This document shows positions 1 to 13,255 of a DNA stretch of 64,000 bases, piece by piece. This DNA comes from Lama glama (taxonomy: Eukaryota). The stretch lies in contig CM052817.1 of the NCBI GenBank assembly GCA_028534125.1, positions 55,492,001 through 55,556,000 on the forward strand, read 5' to 3'. The position numbers were made by a program, and so were the translations under genes. The notes beneath the pieces were generated by a model, which was not told where the DNA came from, did no database searches, and saw only the letters and a list, made by a program, of their open reading frames with translations. Each line of letters starts with the position of its first letter. Position 1 is the first letter of the stretch.

Positions 1-759
1 AAGTCTGACTTAACAGATCTCTGGTATTTCAGCAATATTATTCCAAAGAACTTGTATTTTTAACAAGTCACTGATTGTTCAATGTACTGTGTCTTTTCAC
101 TCTGACTTAGTCTTTACCAGGTAAATCTTCTTGCTATGCTGCATATGAATTGCTAAGACTTATTCATCCAATGAAACTGAAAATTTAATATTCTTAGCAA
201 TGAAAGAAGTGAATATTAGGATTTTTTTATCCTTTTTAATCCTTATCTGTATTTTTCCTTGGAGATAATAACACTGGATATGTCACATCAGAAGGTAATT
301 CTCCCTGAGAGATGAAAATCCTTATCCTTACCATGACATAGTCAGAGCAATAAAGTTCTTTTTTTTAATTTATTTTGTTTTGCATTCTGGTTTTGTAGTT
401 GGCCCATATTCCATGGGCCAAAGAAAAAGTAAAATCATATTACAGACTAGTAAAATTAAGTCATTGATGGAAATTGTACATGATATAAAGTGAAATCATA
501 CCAGTTTGGGCACATTTGATTAGCTAGTACAGAAAATGGTGAAGCTGTTAACAGTATTTTAAAAAGCAAAAGAATAGTCCTATTTATTTTTTTCTTTAAT
601 TTTGTATCTAATTTTTCTAATTTTCATATTCTGGTGTACATGTACATTTTATCAGAGGAATATTATGAGCTGATCCATATTCTTTCTATTTACATTCTTT
701 TAAGACTGATATTTTGTAGACTTTATGCACTATAGTTTCGTTATTCCTTTTGTTCTGGT

Positions 760-1443
760 TGTTTACACTATTCCCGTTTTTTAATATTTCACAATTAACA
801 AGCATCTGCATTTTATACCATACTTTGTTTATCCATTTATTTGGTGGACTCTTTAGTTGGTTCCCCTTTTTGGCTATTGTGAATGAAGCTATAATAAACA
901 TACAAGAATATCTGTTTGAATCTACTGTTACGGGCTGAATTGTGCTTCCTCAAAATCCATGTTGAAGTCCTAAAACCCAGTACCTTAGAATGTGACTGTA
1001 TTTGGAGATAGGGTCTTTAAAGAGGTAAGTAGGTTCATAAGGTCATTAGGGTGGGGACCTGATCCATTATGATCAGTGTTCCTGTAAAAAGAGGAAATGA
1101 GGACACAGATCCAGTGGTAGAGGGAAGACCATATGTAGATGGAGGGAGAACATGGGATCCACAAGTCAAAGAGTTGGCCTCAGAAGAAATCAACACAGCT
1201 AACACGTTGATCTCGACCTCTAGCTTCCAGAACTGAGAAAAAATAGACTTCTGTTGTTTAAGCTACACCATCTATGGTATCTTGTTATGACAGCCTGAGC
1301 AAACTAACACGCTCACTTTCACATTCTTTGAGCATATGCCTAGGAGTGGAATTTCTGGGTCGTATGTTTATTTATTTTTATTTTACTATATTTTCATTTA
1401 TTCTAGATCATATGTTAATTCTGTGTTTAGATTTTTGAGGAAT
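760..1443 (-). mobile_element. Old L1 (L1M) ORF2 3' fragment, interrupted by an MLT1B LTR
   Basis: The minus-strand ORF 686-901 (MFIIASFTIAKKGNQLKSP..WINKVWY) resembles the L1 ORF2p C-terminus. L1 sequence resumes after 1310 (cctaggagtggaatttctgggtc). Confidence 0.8.
926..1310 (+). mobile_element. MaLR solo LTR, MLT1B-like
   Basis: Starts tgttacgggctgaattgtg, contains agaatgtgactgtatttggagatagggtctttaaagagg, and ends ttgttatgacagcctgagcaaactaaca. About 385 bp. Confidence 0.9.
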
Positions 1444-1736
1444 GATTCATTCTTTTTGTAAACATTTGAGCACTTAACCTATGCCAAGATTTGGAGCTAT
1501 ATATTAAGAAAGCAAGGCAAATATAACATATTTCCTTTTATTTCAGAGAGCTCACTGTCTAAAAGATAAAAGAATTATAAAATTAGAAGCCAGATGCAAT
1601 GATAGAGGTATTTGAAAGACATTGAAGTTTAATTCACCATATACTTGACAACACTGACTGATTTTACTTCTTTATCTCCTAAATTAACAGATAAAAATGG
1701 CACTGGGTCCTCTTAGTAAATCTTTGTACAGAACAT

Positions 1737-2230
1737 TGTAAGAAATGGTCACAACCACCCTGCCCCTTTACCCATATTCCTGTAATCTGAAGGTGCATGT
1801 CTTCCCAGCAAGAAGTAGACTCTGTTTCGTTACCTTATGAATCTGTCTTGGTCATGTGCCTTCTTTGGCCAATGCAACATTAGGCAAAATGATGCAAGCA
1901 GTCTTGGCAACTGTTTGCACATTGAGGCTCATTCTTTCAGTGAGCTTGAATCTGTAAGGTCACTGTATGAAGGAACCAAGTTAATCTGGTGGAGGATGAG
2001 AGGCCATATAGAGAACTGAGACATCCCAGCAGATACCTAACCAACTGTGAGACTATTTAGAATCATCCAGCCACCAGCCAGTCTGTTAGCTAATAACCAC
2101 AGAAGCATGAAAGAGCCCTCAGGGATCGCCAAACCAACCTAGATCAGAACTGTTCAGCCAATCTACAGAATTACAAGCTAAATAAAATTATTATTTTTAG
2201 TTGTTAGAATGTTAGACAACAGAAGCCAAC
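1737..2230 (+). mobile_element. MaLR LTR, MLT1G/H-like
   Basis: Motifs ctttggccaatg, ggaggatgagaggcca and cagccaatctacagaatt..aaataaaat resemble older MLT1 LTRs. Confidence 0.7.
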
Positions 2231-2854
2231 ATTTTGATTACCAGCTACCTTGACAGGATTCCTTATAATTTTGTTTTTTTATTAATTGTTCTTTGTCCTC
2301 TATTAATATATTAATGTGTTCTAATCAGTATATAATCTTATATATGTACAACCTCCTTGATGACATTAACCATTCACTTTGATGTTCTACCTCCCACCTT
2401 CAGTGCCTATTGCCTAGAAATTAGAACACTCTTAACTAAATGTTTGTTGAATAAATAAAAGAGCTCTTTACAGATAGATATTTAACCTTTGCTGTCTATC
2501 ATTTGGTTTCAAGTATTTTTCAATAATTTGATTCATTTTGATATTTTTGTGGAGAAAAATTAATATCTTTGCAATGTGCTATGTCTATATGCTTGGTTTG
2601 TGAATATACTTCCATTAATTCAACCTTAGAAAATTATCCTTTTGCCAGAAAATTCAGTGAGATTGATCAATTATAGGATCCAAATCCTTATTTCCCCTCT
2701 TTCAGTGGTCATTGTTCTATACTCTCTAATGTTCACTGTCTGAAAACCACTGGTAGGTGTCTCTGCTCAACATTTTTAGTTGTTTGAGGAAAAAAGTACA
2801 ACTCTAGTTCTTATTAATCTATCTGGCTGGAAGGAGAAGACTGAGGGTATAGAA

Positions 2855-3385
2855 GTGAAAGAAATCTAATGTGAATATCAACTAAAGTAGACTTCAGAGG
2901 AAGGATCAAAACCGGGGATAAAAGGAACATTTTATACTGATAAAATAATTAATTCATCCATAAGACAAAAGAATCTTAATTGTATATGCTCTTAAAAATA
3001 GACTTCAAAATATACTAGTGAAAGTTGACATAACTAAAGAGAGCAGAGACAAATCCAAAAACTAAAGATAGTCTAACATCCCTCTATCATTATTTTATTG
3101 AATAAATATCTCAAGGTATCAGTAAGTATATAGAAGAATTTTAAAAAGAATAAGAATTAAGTCTTTGGGGTTTATAATCAAATAGCTCCAAAATATATAT
3201 CTTCCCAAGTATTTAAGAAACATTCACCAAGACAGAATATATGATGGGCAATAAATCAAGTCTCGATAAATTTAGAAGGTTTGAAATCATAGAGAGTACA
3301 TTCTCTAATCAAAACCATAATAAGTAAGAAATTAATAAAATATCTAGGAAAAGCAGTTATTTGGAAAATAAGCAGTACACTTCTG
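2855..3385 (+). mobile_element. Decayed L1 ORF2 endonuclease-region fragment
   Basis: aaagtagacttcagag, ggataaaaggaacatttta, aacattcaccaagacagaatatatgatgggcaataaatcaagtctc and ttctctaatca are typical L1 EN-domain DNA. No open frame remains. Confidence 0.75.
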
Positions 3386-4029
3386 CACAGTCTGTAGAAA
3401 TGTCACTCTTAAAATTGTGATATTGGTATTCTTTGTTTTCCTTTTTTATTTTCAATCTTACTGTGTGTTAAACATATACATGAATACTTCTAAATATTAA
3501 TTTTTAGTTTTTCCATTTTTTCTGTCTTTAATTTCTACTTTTATTTTTGTGGTTGGTTGCTATTATTCTTACTTTAGCTTTAAAATAATCTCATCTTTGC
3601 AGCTTCTTATTGTGAATGCTTAGATCATGGGTTTTGCACCTCTCTTCTTTTCTAATATAAGCGTGCAAAACTCTGAATTTCTCTTAAAGTGCTGCTATAT
3701 TTGCATTCCACAAGTTTTGATATCCTTTAGTATCATTATCATTCAGTTTAAAATATTTAAAATATCTAATTTCCCTTGTTATTTCTTTAATTCTTGGGCT
3801 TTATAGAAATATGAGAGATTGCCCTCTTAGGATACACCCACTGATAAGTTCATGAGGAAAGAAGGACACCATGTCTGCATCTTATTCTAAAGAGACAATG
3901 ATAAAATCATTACAGGGAAATTACAGTGTGTAGTGATTATTAATACTACTGTGTCCACTTTTCTATAAATTTGAAATTATGCCAAAATAAGCATTTAGAA
4001 GAAAATAAAGTTGTTAGTCAATGACAAAA

Positions 4030-5010
4030 ATATTTAGTTCAGGAACACAAGGATGGTTCAACATTGAGAACCTGTAAGTGCATTTCAATATATTACAAGA
4101 TTAAGGGAGAATAACTGTATTGTTACCTCCACAGTTTAAAATATATTAAAATTAAACATATATTTCAAATAAAATTCAATAAAAATTAGTAACAACCATA
4201 GGATAAAAATAAAATCCTTGTTTTAGTAGAGTACATCTATGGGAAACATACTATATTTCATGTTTATAGCAAAATATTAGAAAGATGCCTTTAAATTCAG
4301 AATCTAAAGTAGGATAGCCAGTTACCATAACTACTTTTGACTCTAAAATTTGAAATACTAGCAAATTAAATAGAACAATAAAACTAGAATATACATGAAA
4401 GTGTGAATATTAAATGGAAAGAAGATTCTCATCATTTTCAGAAATCATGATAATTTAAACTAATAAGAACTAATAAAGTGTAGAAGATGGCTAATTACAG
4501 ATCATATGCAGTGAATAATATCTTTCTTATACATTATCAAAACTAAATGAAAGTTATATAAGAAGTTTATTTTGTAGTAGGAAATATATGTGTACATACA
4601 TATTACCTAGAAATAAACCTAACAAGAAAGACATGGGAATAATCTATATATATTTACTAGTCTATATAAAAGAAACAGAAATTTAAAGAATTATATTTAA
4701 TGCAAGGCAAAACTCAGTATGTAAATATGTCAATTATTTCCAGTCTATATTACTAATTCAAAGCAATGTCAGTCAGTTCTCTCCAAAATATCCTTTGGAA
4801 CCAGATAATCTGTTTCTAAAGTTTATCTTCAGGACTAGATGGAGTAAGAGTGGGAAATGCAAAGAAACTTTTGAAAGAATATAGTATTCTACCAAACTTA
4901 GTATCCTAGTCTGTTTATTAAATAATATTTACCAAAATATATGATAATAATGTCAATTCAAATCAACATATTAATTCTGGAATAGAAAAAGAAGTAATAG
5001 AAGAGAAGAC
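4030..5010 (+). mobile_element. Highly decayed L1M (L1ME-like) ORF2 RT-region fragment
   Basis: caggaacacaaggatggttcaacatt and tacctagaaataaacctaacaag motifs with A-rich strand bias. Confidence 0.65.
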
Positions 5011-5033
5011 CAAGATTAAATATGTGTATTTTA

Positions 5034-5114
5034 TTTACTTATTTTTTAAATTGAAGTATACTTAGTTAGAATTATCAGTTTTTGATGTAAGGCATAATGT
5101 TGCAGCCATACATA
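5034..5114 (-). mobile_element. Severely 5'-truncated lineage-specific L1 3' tip with 16-bp TSD
   Basis: T-rich tail plus attgaagtata... matches the L1 3' end at 34.7 kb and 48.7 kb. Flanks are aaatatgtgtatttta (5018-5033) and aaatatgtatatttta (5115-5130). Confidence 0.75.
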
Positions 5115-5365
5115 AAATATGTATATTTTAATGTTCAGATTTTGTTAAATTTAGTCTTTCAAATCGAAACATTGATATTGTCTGTTTATAGTTATACTGG
5201 TTACATGTGAATACTTAATTATATCCAAAGCTTTAGCCATTTGTGTTTGTGTCCTCAGATATATGATTAAAATTTTTTATCATCATTGTTTGTTTTACTT
5301 TATTGGACCATTTGACATAATGTGATTTTCTGCAATGACATTTTAAAGTTAAATTAGTCTGGGGG

Positions 5366-5417
5366 GTATGTGTGTGTGTGTGTACACGCGTGCGTGTACG
5401 TACACACACACATATGC
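5366..5417. repeat. (TG)n/(CG)/(CA)n alternating purine-pyrimidine tract
   Basis: 52 bp of uninterrupted RY alternation. Confidence 0.9.
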
Positions 5418-6446
5418 CTTCTGACGTATGCATGTGCATACTCAGGCACATGCATTTTTAAAGTTTAAGCTAGCTTGAAAAATAATTTGTGTTTTTTTCC
5501 CGAAGTTTTTCCTTGTTTTGCATCAATTTATGTATTTAGGAAATTATGTGTTCTTTCTCTTACTTTCTGAAATATAAATTCTAGGCCCAGAGACTTTATT
5601 AGAGGTAATTCTTTGATAAACTTCTCATTTTAATTTGCTCATTTGTATCATTAATGTCTTAGTATTGATTTCTTCTTGAGTCAGTTATGATGATTTTACT
5701 ACATAATCTTAAAAAGGATTGGAAATGGTATTTCATTTTGGGTTTGCACTGAACATTTGGTCAATTATACTTCTGTATTGTTTTTAACTAACAAGTCTTT
5801 CATATTCTGTTTGTCATTGCACTTTTAATGTAGCTAAATATTTTTAACAAAACATCCTCTCAACATATAAGAAAGATACCTAAAGACTCGTATGTAATTC
5901 ATTTTATTAAATTCATTCAAAGATCAAATAAAGAAATGAAAAAGTGCTATTAATTTATCATCCAATAATTTCTCCACCCCAAGATACCAAGTGAGTGATG
6001 TGAAGTGTAAACCAACCATCTGCTATGCTTCATGTTTCTGTAATACACTAGTTTCCTTCATCATAATGCTAGCAAAAATTGTGTGTGCAGTCATTAGATG
6101 ATTTTCTGGGCATGGTGTTCCTTCCAGATGTAATTTTATGATCATCTATTTTTTGGTTTCCTTTGCAGTTTATTCATTTAGTAGGAATTTAGTGAGTATC
6201 TTCTATGTACATTGCTCTGTACTGAAATTAGTGATTTCCAAAAGAAAATGTAAAATATGTCTCTTACTTTCTGGGAACATTCATTGTACATCAAAGAAAG
6301 AAACAGACAAAGGAAGAAACTATAACAATTTAAATTTCCATACAAGGTGAAACATACAGATATGTGGTACAGAAAATAAGTGCTATAAACAATGGAATAG
6401 ACTACAGAGTCTATACAGAATAAACTACAGACTAAATTAGAAATAG

Positions 6447-7230
6447 AAATAACAAATGCTGGAGAGGCTGTGGAGAAAAGGGAACCCTCCTACACTGCTG
6501 GTGGGAATACAATTTGGTGCAGCCCCTCTGGAAAACAGTATGGAGAGCCCTCAAAAGACTAGGAATAGACTTACCATATGACCCAGGAATCCTGCTCCTG
6601 GGCATATATCCAGAAGGAATCCTACTTCAAAATGACACCTGCACCCCAATGTTTATAGAAGCACTATTTACAATAGCCAAGACATGGAAACAGCCTAAAT
6701 GTCCATCAACAGATGACTGTATAAAGAAGCTGTGGTATATTTATACAATGGAATACTATTCAGCCATAAAAATGACACCATAATGCCATTTGCAGCAACA
6801 TGGATGTTCCTGGAGAATGTCATTCTAAGTGAAGTGAGCCAGAAAGAGAAAGAAAAATACCCATATGAGATCACTCATATCTGGAATCTAAAAAAAAAAT
6901 AAATGAACATAAATACAAAACAGAAAAAGACTCATAGATAAAGAATACAAACTTGTGGTTGCCAAGAGGGCAGGGGGTGGGAAGGGACAGACTGGGAGTT
7001 CAAAATTTGTAGATACTGACAGGCATATGCAGAATAGATAAGCAAGATTATACTGTATACCACAGGGAAAATATACAAGATCTTGTGGTAGCTCACAGTG
7101 AAATATATGAATATATGTATGCTCATATATAACTGAAAAACTGTGCTCTACACTGGAATTTGACACAGCATTGTAAAATGACTGTAACTCAATAAAAAAT
7201 GTTTAAAAACAAACAAACAAACAAAAACAA
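6447..7230 (+). mobile_element. Relatively young camelid L1, 5'-truncated (ORF2 C-terminus, 3'UTR, A-tail)
   Basis: ORF 6514-6783 ([47 protein letters not shown]) is the L1 ORF2p C-terminus. Ends caataaaaaatgttt followed by an (AAAC)n tail. Confidence 0.95.
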
Positions 7231-7244
7231 ATCTAAGTCTGTCC

Positions 7245-7468
7245 ATAGAGAACAAACATGTCGTTACCAGGAGGTAAAGTAGGTGGGATAGGATAAATAG
7301 GGAATTTGAACTCTGCACCTGTTTGGGAGTGATGGAAATGTTAGCTATCTTGATTGTAGTGGTGATTTCATTGGTATATACATCTATCAAAATTCATCAA
7401 ATTGTACATCTGAAATTTGTGTAGTTTACTATACAGAAATCATATCACAATGAAGGTATTTAAAAAAA
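7245..7468 (+). mobile_element. Older L1 3'UTR fragments (L1MB/MC-like)
   Basis: gggagtgatggaaatgttagctatcttgattgtagtggtg...aaaattcatcaaattgtaca. Confidence 0.7.
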
Positions 7469-8345
7469 TATAATCAGAATCTTGACATAACTAGAGAGTG
7501 GATAATAAGTAAATTTCAAAAGTCAAGGGGATTAGAAAGATAATTGGAAAATTAAGTATTTGAAATAAGTATTTTTTAAAAAGTCACTCCTACTTTCATT
7601 TCAATACAGTTTTGGTAATGTTGGCCCAATAGAAGACTAAGTGATTATCATACATTAATTATTTTAAAAATGGAGAAGCTGTGATGTTAAAGTCTTTCTT
7701 CAGGGAAAAAAATGCATTATCTTTATTTTTATATTCCCTGATGAATCTTTTTTTCTTATTTTCAGAAATATATATATATATATATATATATAGAACATCC
7801 ATTTTATATCAGACACATATATATACACAGACACTTGAGCAAAGCCATGAACAAGAAAATACTCTGGCTCTCATAGAATTTCATTCTAGTAACAAGAACA
7901 GTGGTTTAGTAAATCAAATAATGTGTGTTTTTTGACAAGAGATGTAACTAAGTTGAGGGTTCATAGAAGGTCACCTAGATATGAGTTTGATTTGCCAATA
8001 TATGCATTAAAGAAATATCATAGGACCTTCAGTGTGGAAAATAACTAGATGTATCAATCCTGGACACAGAAAAATATGTAAAGAGCTTTTGCAGAACTCC
8101 AAGTAGGAGATGGTGATGATTTGGAATAACAAGTGAGAACTAGCTTGGAAAGAATGGCTAGACTAGAAGAACATCTGACACAAGCTCTGGCTCGTATTAG
8201 TTTATTGTTGAGAGGGACTAAGCAGGGAAAGGGTGTAAGTAATGATTTCCAGGTTCCAAGCCTAAAACTCTCTTAATCCATTGCCTGATACATAACATAA
8301 TGCTTTGGTTACCAGTTAAGGAAACTCTGCTTGGTCTGGATGATG

Positions 8346-8531
8346 CAGGAGTCGACAAACTAAGTTGTCCAGGACCAAATTTCCCCTGCTACTTGTTTTT
8401 CAAATCAAGTTTTATTACAACTCAGCTGTACCCATCATCAGAGTTGAGTAGCTGCACCTGAAACAGTATGGTCCACAAAGCTTAAAATATTTACGATCTA
8501 ACTCTTCACAGAGAAAAGTTTGCTGATTCAG
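8346..8531. mobile_element. MER58A-like hAT-Charlie DNA transposon, apparently inside an old MLT1 fragment (~8290-8900)
   Basis: Termini caggagtcgacaaact ... aagtttgctgatt, with internal gagttgagtagctgca and aaaatatttacgatct. Confidence 0.8.
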
Positions 8532-9009
8532 GGGTAAAGCAAAACAATGCAATTCATCAGAGTTTATCTGGCTTTAGATATTCAGTGTTATCAGGACTCC
8601 GCCTCTATCTTTTAGCTTTGCTTTCATGTTGGCTTCTTTGTTGTGCTCAGCAGCTTGCTCCATGAAGAGATAGCAAGATCACCGCACCAATTTAGAAGCA
8701 GAGCCCAAATAGAGCAAATCTTTCCCCAACAGTTTAGCAAAATTCCGTGAAGTCATTTTACACATCTAGGTCTGGACCTCATACAATTTCCAGCGTCATG
8801 GATGAAATGAGACCCAAAACTCACATGGAGTATAAGGGAGGATTCGGAGTCTCCCAAGGAAAGTCATGGTGCTATTAACTTCATACCAGTAAGAAAACTT
8901 AATAGAGGTTGAAGACATTGTGAACAGAGGATAAATTTGATTTTGAGAAAAAAGAAATTTTGAGAACAAATTAATTTTTGTCATAATGAGATAAAGAAAA
9001 AATACAACA

Positions 9010-9170
9010 ATAATAAAATCTAACACATAAAACACACACCATGTACTAGTCGTAGTTTGATGTTTAGAGGACTTTACCTATATTGATTCTTTTATATATC
9101 ACAACGCTGCTATCAGGTAGATACTATTGTACCCTTGTTACAGATGAGAAAATTGAGGCAAGTCAAAGGT
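9010..9170 (-). mobile_element. MIR SINE fragment
   Basis: aggtagatactattgtacccttgttacagatgagaaaattgaggc is the MIR core. Confidence 0.75.
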
Positions 9171-12100
9171 ATATAAAAATAAAAACAGCCAACTAATACT
9201 TTTAATTTACTATTTGCTAGACATTTTGGTAAGCACTGTAAGAAACAATAAGATAGTGTTTCTTACTCTTTTTCCTGACAACACGTATTGAGGAGCCACT
9301 GTTCTAAGCATCAAGTGCTAAGCAATTTACAAAAAGACAAAGCCTCTGTCATTTTGAAAATTACGATCTACTATGACATAACAGGAAATGCTAGCTTTCA
9401 GTACCCATATAGCATTAGCAAAGTATGATGGGATGCTGTCCTTTTAAATAAATGCTGAATGTTTAGCTCAATTCTCTCTATGTAGATGTGGCCTGTGAAT
9501 TAATATTACACCAGATATCTTTTTCCTTGAGTGTCACTGTAAGTTTAGAGGGAAGGGAAGAGAAACAAATATCTTTATCTGCTGTAAGATGTTCCCTCTG
9601 TGTATATAAAGAAAATTGTAACTATTTTAAAAAGAAGGGTTAAATTTATTTAACTTAATACATGTAAATGATGATTATTATAGAATGTAGGGAGGGGAAG
9701 ATTAGGATTACAGTTAATTATTGAAGCCTTGCAGAATGCCAAGTACTCTTCAGTTAACCCACATTTAAAACTGGCATTTCCATAAAACAATTTTACCAGC
9801 CTAGAAATTCCACTGGGTCCTTGGCTTCTAATGCATCATAGCCTGGAAAGGCAGGGTTTGAACTCAGTTGGTTACAACTGGAGCCAGTGGCATGCTCCTC
9901 TTCACTGCCTGCTGCTGCCTCCCCCAACACAGCCCCAGTGCTTACATGGGTGCTGATTGTTCTCCATCTTGTGATATCTGAGGCTTCGCAGCTGACTTGG
10001 TGAGTAGAAAGAAAATTACAATCCCTTACTGATATCCCCAAAGTTGGGAGAGTGGCTGCAAACATCCTACACGACTATAAGAGTAAGAGATTTGTGAACT
10101 CACTGTTTTCCCGACTCCCATAGTGCAGAATGTGAATTCAGGCAGAGATGGGCTCTGTCCTCCACTGTATAAGCAAGAGTGAGGCTCCCAGAGGGGCCCT
10201 GAGGTGGCTTTTTCTACCTCTGACCCCTGGTCATACAGGGGTCCTCTTTTACACCAAGCTGATCACAGGACAAACTGATACATAAAAAGCCCATAATGAA
10301 AGGAGATAGTTATGAAGAACAGGCTTCATCTAGGGGAGAAACCAAGGGTCAGCTTCCTCAGTGTGCGTGCTTGTGAGGAAACCACCGTCCTCACAGTTCT
10401 CACATGTGGAAATCACAGGTGCTCTGCTCTTAGGTTATTTACTTTGCGTCTTTTTTACATACTTTTTAAATGACAAGACTGTTTTCTGTTACAACAAAAT
10501 AGAATATGGGGAGGTGTAATAACAATGTTTCAGTAATAAAGATAACATATAAAAAGTAGTTAAATTTATATGTTGTGACAGATGGGGACATAGTATCTTT
10601 GATTCAAAGTATTTAGAATATATTCATTATTCTAGATGGATAAATTATATATTTTCTTTAGATATAAATAAACTTATTTTGTGATTATATAAGAAAAGAA
10701 CTGTTTTGCGGTTTTCATAAATTCATAAGTTACATCCTGAGAATCTGAAACCAAAATTAATCTTAATGTATTAATCATGTTAGTTTTTCTATTCAGACAG
10801 TTATGTAGTTTGGATCACCTAAGTGGTACGTAGAATTTACACTCAGGAAATTTAGCTGGATTTATATACATATGTATTTTTCTTCAGAAAAGAATATTAA
10901 AGAGGAAATTAATGATAACGATAATAATAACAACAATAGTCATGGGGAACATTGATCACATTACACTTGAAATACCAACGCACCAAAGGATTGAGACAAT
11001 GATGTTTTCTTTTAGATCAGATGATCTAAATAATTGCTTCAGTCTTCTATTTCGTTTCCCTAAGCTAGATTCTTAAGACCTTTCTGCTATATGGCAGTTA
11101 GGGGTGTGCCAAGTGGATAAAATAATAACTCAGAAAGCTGCTTGCTAAACCCTCTTATTACAGCCTCATTTTTAATATGATTTAGGCAACCTTATATAGG
11201 CATATTGTCTGAGCTAAATCTTACACAGTTCTGTTTTCTGACCTCAAATCCCAAAACCCTTTAGTTCTACTTGAGGTATTATTATCACTATCACTGTCTC
11301 ATAAGCTTGCTAATATTTAAATGCTGATAGAGTTATAAATACAGATGTGTAGGTGTAGATAGAGATAAATCCTCTTCAAAGAAATTTCAGTCCATAGCAC
11401 GTTAAGCACAAAGAGAGGATGTTTATGTTTGTGTTATGTGTGTTAATAACACACAGGAAAATGTCTAGTTCCTTGAAGCAAATTTAGGGAAGGAAGGCAT
11501 TACACTATGCTAATACGCATAAATGACAGCTATCCTGATAAATGGATTTGTTCTATAAAATAATTAAAAAGTTATTCAGTAGTTGAGTACTATTTAACAT
11601 TTAAGATTTTATTGACCTCCTCACCCTCAACCACATTTTCTATTGTTTTTCCTGGGAACTGACTTCTCAATCTGGGAAACTGTCATTTTGACAGGGGTTA
11701 GCGCCAAAGATCATCTTCCTGCGGGGTCAAGTTACTAGAGAGGCTGAAGACAGCTGTGGTGGGATTTGCTTTATATTAAAGTTAGTTTGGAAGAGAATGT
11801 GAGGCCCCCAGGTACACCATTACAGCAGAGGTTTTCAAAGTAATGCCTGGCTGGCGGCCACTTTGAACTGTGGTATACTGATATTGCTGAAGTGTCTTTA
11901 TTTCCCTTTACCATTAGAGGTATTAAATGTAAATGTTTGACAAGCACTTTTCACAAAGTGAAATCTTCTATTACTTATTTGCTTATTAGTTTTCAAAATC
12001 CAGAGAAAAAGTGTAGTTTTATACAACAGTATTTGTAAATGTTTGTTTTAATGCTGTCTCCCAAATTATACAATAACGTCATCTCCATTAGAGGTCCTTT

Positions 12101-12734
12101 TGCTTGTTCAAAACATTAAAAATTGTCCATGAATACTGAATTATTGTCATGCTATATGCAAGTTTTAGAGTTTCCTTACAATTTTTACCAATCCAAAATT
12201 ATAATGGTGAAGGAGAATGTGATATATACAAAATCTTTCTAAATGGAAAAGGTTAAAATATCTGTGTGGCTTTAGGAGTCTGGACTCTCAGTACCCAGAT
12301 ATGGAAGAATTAATCACCAGTGACTAATATATATTTTGTGTAGTTTGAATTTTATTAATTTGCATAATGAAGGGAACTTCAGCCTGTTGTAATCCATGGA
12401 AAATCAATCATTTCACGTACAGTGTTCACTTCCCAGCTTTGGAACTCTAGTGCCTGGAAATGATAAAGTAGTTCCCAGAACTTCAGTGTTAATTACAGTG
12501 TAGTACATCATCGGGGCCCTCATTTGGGAAAAAAATCTTTCAGAGATCTGTATTACATGGCTGGCCACTTCAAATACAGTTGTAATTGTATGAGAGATTA
12601 TTTTTCCTCATTTTGATTTTAAGTATTTCCCTACTAAGTTGTATCAAAGATATTTATTTTATATTCTTTTGCAGACAACATTTTAGGGGAAAAAAACTAA
12701 CTCTAATAAATATCATAACATTGTTTTGATCCAG

Positions 12735-13255
12735 GGTATGGTAGTGGATATTGTGAAACTGTCCAGATTCCCTCTTTGAGGCCTCTGAGGCACCCATTTT
12801 CCCAGCTTTGGGAATAGCAAGGCTGAGACCATTCACAGCTGCAACATTCAACTGGGAATTGCCTTCAGCCACAGGAAACTATGTAGCTCAATATGATGCC
12901 CTTGCTGGAATGCATCCTGAGGCCAGTCGTTGGCCAAGGTTGGGGCGAGGATACAAGAGTCTAACTCCCATGCCTCGGTTTGGGACCATGATGAAGGCCC
13001 AGCCCAGCCCCAGAGCTCCTCACAGCTGACCCTCCCACTGTTGCCGTGCTGTTGATCTCTTCTCCCTCTGCCTTAGCCTGAATTTCTCACTTCTTTATTG
13101 GTATATATTTCCAGAGCACTCCACAACAAAGCTTCTTCTACCTTCTATCCACCATTTCATGGTCTGTTCCAGGAAACCCATATAACACAATTATGCTTGG
13201 AGTGGTCTTAGGAAACAGACTCTAAAATGAGAATTTAGGGCTGGATCTCATGCTA
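12735..13255 (+). mobile_element. LTR16C-like ERVL LTR followed by the start of the internal region
   Basis: gggaattgccttcagcc, gaaggcccagcccagccccagagctcc and ccaggaaaccca, then ggagtggtcttaggaaacagactctaaaatgag (ERVL internal 5' end). Confidence 0.75.

Noticed and set aside
6514..6783. ORFs 6514-6783, 38740-38982 and 686-901 as genes
   Set aside because: They are L1 ORF2p C-terminal remnants within 5'-truncated elements.
7231..7468. 3' transduction behind the L1 at 6447
   Set aside because: No TSD matches the 5' flank, and the segment is explained by older L1 3'UTR pieces.
11822..11950. Short hAT-like MITE (cagaggttttcaaa...tttgacaagcact)
   Set aside because: The termini are only loosely complementary and I found no 8-bp TSD, so it is too weak to call.
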